The notes under the pieces: model-generated | Told to the model about the DNA's origin: nothing | Database searches by the model: none | The model's input: only the letters and a program-made list of their open reading frames with translations | Shown here: piece by piece, positions 6,744 through 7,564 of the stretch | Layout of the letters: each line of letters begins with the position of its first letter | Numbering within the stretch: the first letter of the stretch is position 1 | Position numbers and translations under genes: made by a program | Assembly: GCA_005191425.1 (NCBI GenBank) | Contig: SUPR01000133.1 | Location: 1-7,564 of the forward strand | Direction: 5' to 3' | From: Candidatus Helarchaeota ASGARD archaeon Hel_GB_B | GTDB taxonomy: Archaea; Asgardarchaeota; Lokiarchaeia; Helarchaeales; HEL-GB-B | Length of the DNA stretch: 7,564 bases

Positions 6744-7310
6744 TGAAGGCATAGTCTTTGGAATTGTATCTTCAATTTTGCCTTTAACAAATACAATCTC
6801 GTCTTTAGGATATCTTGTTGTGTACATATTTTTTATAACTTCGGGTAATGGCGAAAATCACTATTTAGAAAAATTCCCCTTTTTTCTTTCTTCCATTTAT
6901 CAACAGCATATATTTTTTTATTTGATATCCTATAACTATCTTCTGTATGTTTAGACATTCCCTCAAATGTATCATAAAGATATGTTTTTTGATTTGTTTC
7001 GTTTATTTCAAGGAGATTGAGAGCAATTAACATCATACTACCACCTTTCCACACTCTACATTCAACAAAATCACCATATTTTTTTAAAATTAACTATATA
7101 TTCAACTGCTTTATAAAAATTATAAATTCTTTCTTTGGAAGTCATGTTATAATTTTTGTATTTCTTATAGATTTCTCCAAATTCACTATCAATAATCGGT
7201 ACCGAGTTGGATGTTATTTTTGATGTTATTTTCGTTATTCTATATTCGAATAAATTTGTTGATTTTTATATAATTCTTTTCAGCACGGATAATATAGTAA
7301 TCTCCTTCAT
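6744..7310 (-). pseudogene. TylF/MycF (NovP-like) O-methyltransferase pseudogene, 3'-truncated
   Basis: Three frames join into TylF: MTSKERIYNFYKAVEYIV | YGDFVECRVWKGGSMMLIAL..YLYDTFEGM | FSPLPEVIKNMYTTRYPKDEIVFVKGKIEDTIPKTMPS. Lesions: TAA at 7268-7266, frameshift at the T7 run 7079-7085, ECG to ECR in the SAM-binding motif, a second frameshift near 6875-6890, and tandem TAG/TGA at 6863-6858. The C-terminal LRLDTDWYES..DDY part is absent. The 5' boundary is approximate. Confidence 0.85.
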
Positions 7311-7564
7311 TATTAAATTAATTGATATACTTTATAAAAATTACTGAAATACACAAACAAATCTCCAATTTCACTTAATATATTGTAGTTATGGGAAGTT
7401 TAGCCAAGCCAAACCTGGGAAAACTTTCTACAGAAAAATTTGTCTCTTAATTGCCGTTATATGTATTGTCAAGATTGAGCCATAATCTATAAGACGGTTT
7501 TTTGCTTACCAAAATAATGACTAAAAGTTAATCTCAAGGCGAAGGATTCATATTCCTTAAGGCA

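Noticed and set aside
7196-7205. Perfect 10-bp palindrome TCGGTACCGA
   Set aside because: Single short palindrome inside former coding sequence; compatible with chance.
6733-7223. 73-aa and 68-aa + strand ORFs
   Set aside because: Antisense shadows of the TylF pseudogene.

Overview
Very AT-rich prokaryotic window, most likely from an Asgard archaeon (inferred from a PGF/Loki-CTERM-type sorting signal, GGTG(A)/GGAG ribosome-binding sites before TTG/GTG starts, and oligo-T terminators). Left to right: an ICMT/PEMT-family membrane methyltransferase (+) convergent with a classical SDR oxidoreductase (-); a tightly coupled pair of a DUF6036/AbiEii/MenT-like nucleotidyltransferase and a 70-aa helical protein (candidate toxin-antitoxin); a HEPN-domain pseudogene that the ORF track misses; a secreted, sequon-rich, probably 7-bladed beta-propeller surface protein with a PGF-type C-terminal anchor; a 630-bp intergenic region with strong C over G skew; and a multi-TM protein with a C-terminal zinc ribbon. 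On the minus strand at the right end is a composite decayed locus: a TylF/MycF O-methyltransferase pseudogene is cut off by a single 29-nt type I-E CRISPR-repeat-like unit, which is followed directly by the C-terminal remnant of an IS6-like DDE transposase. Family assignments come from recognising motifs by eye; no database search was run.
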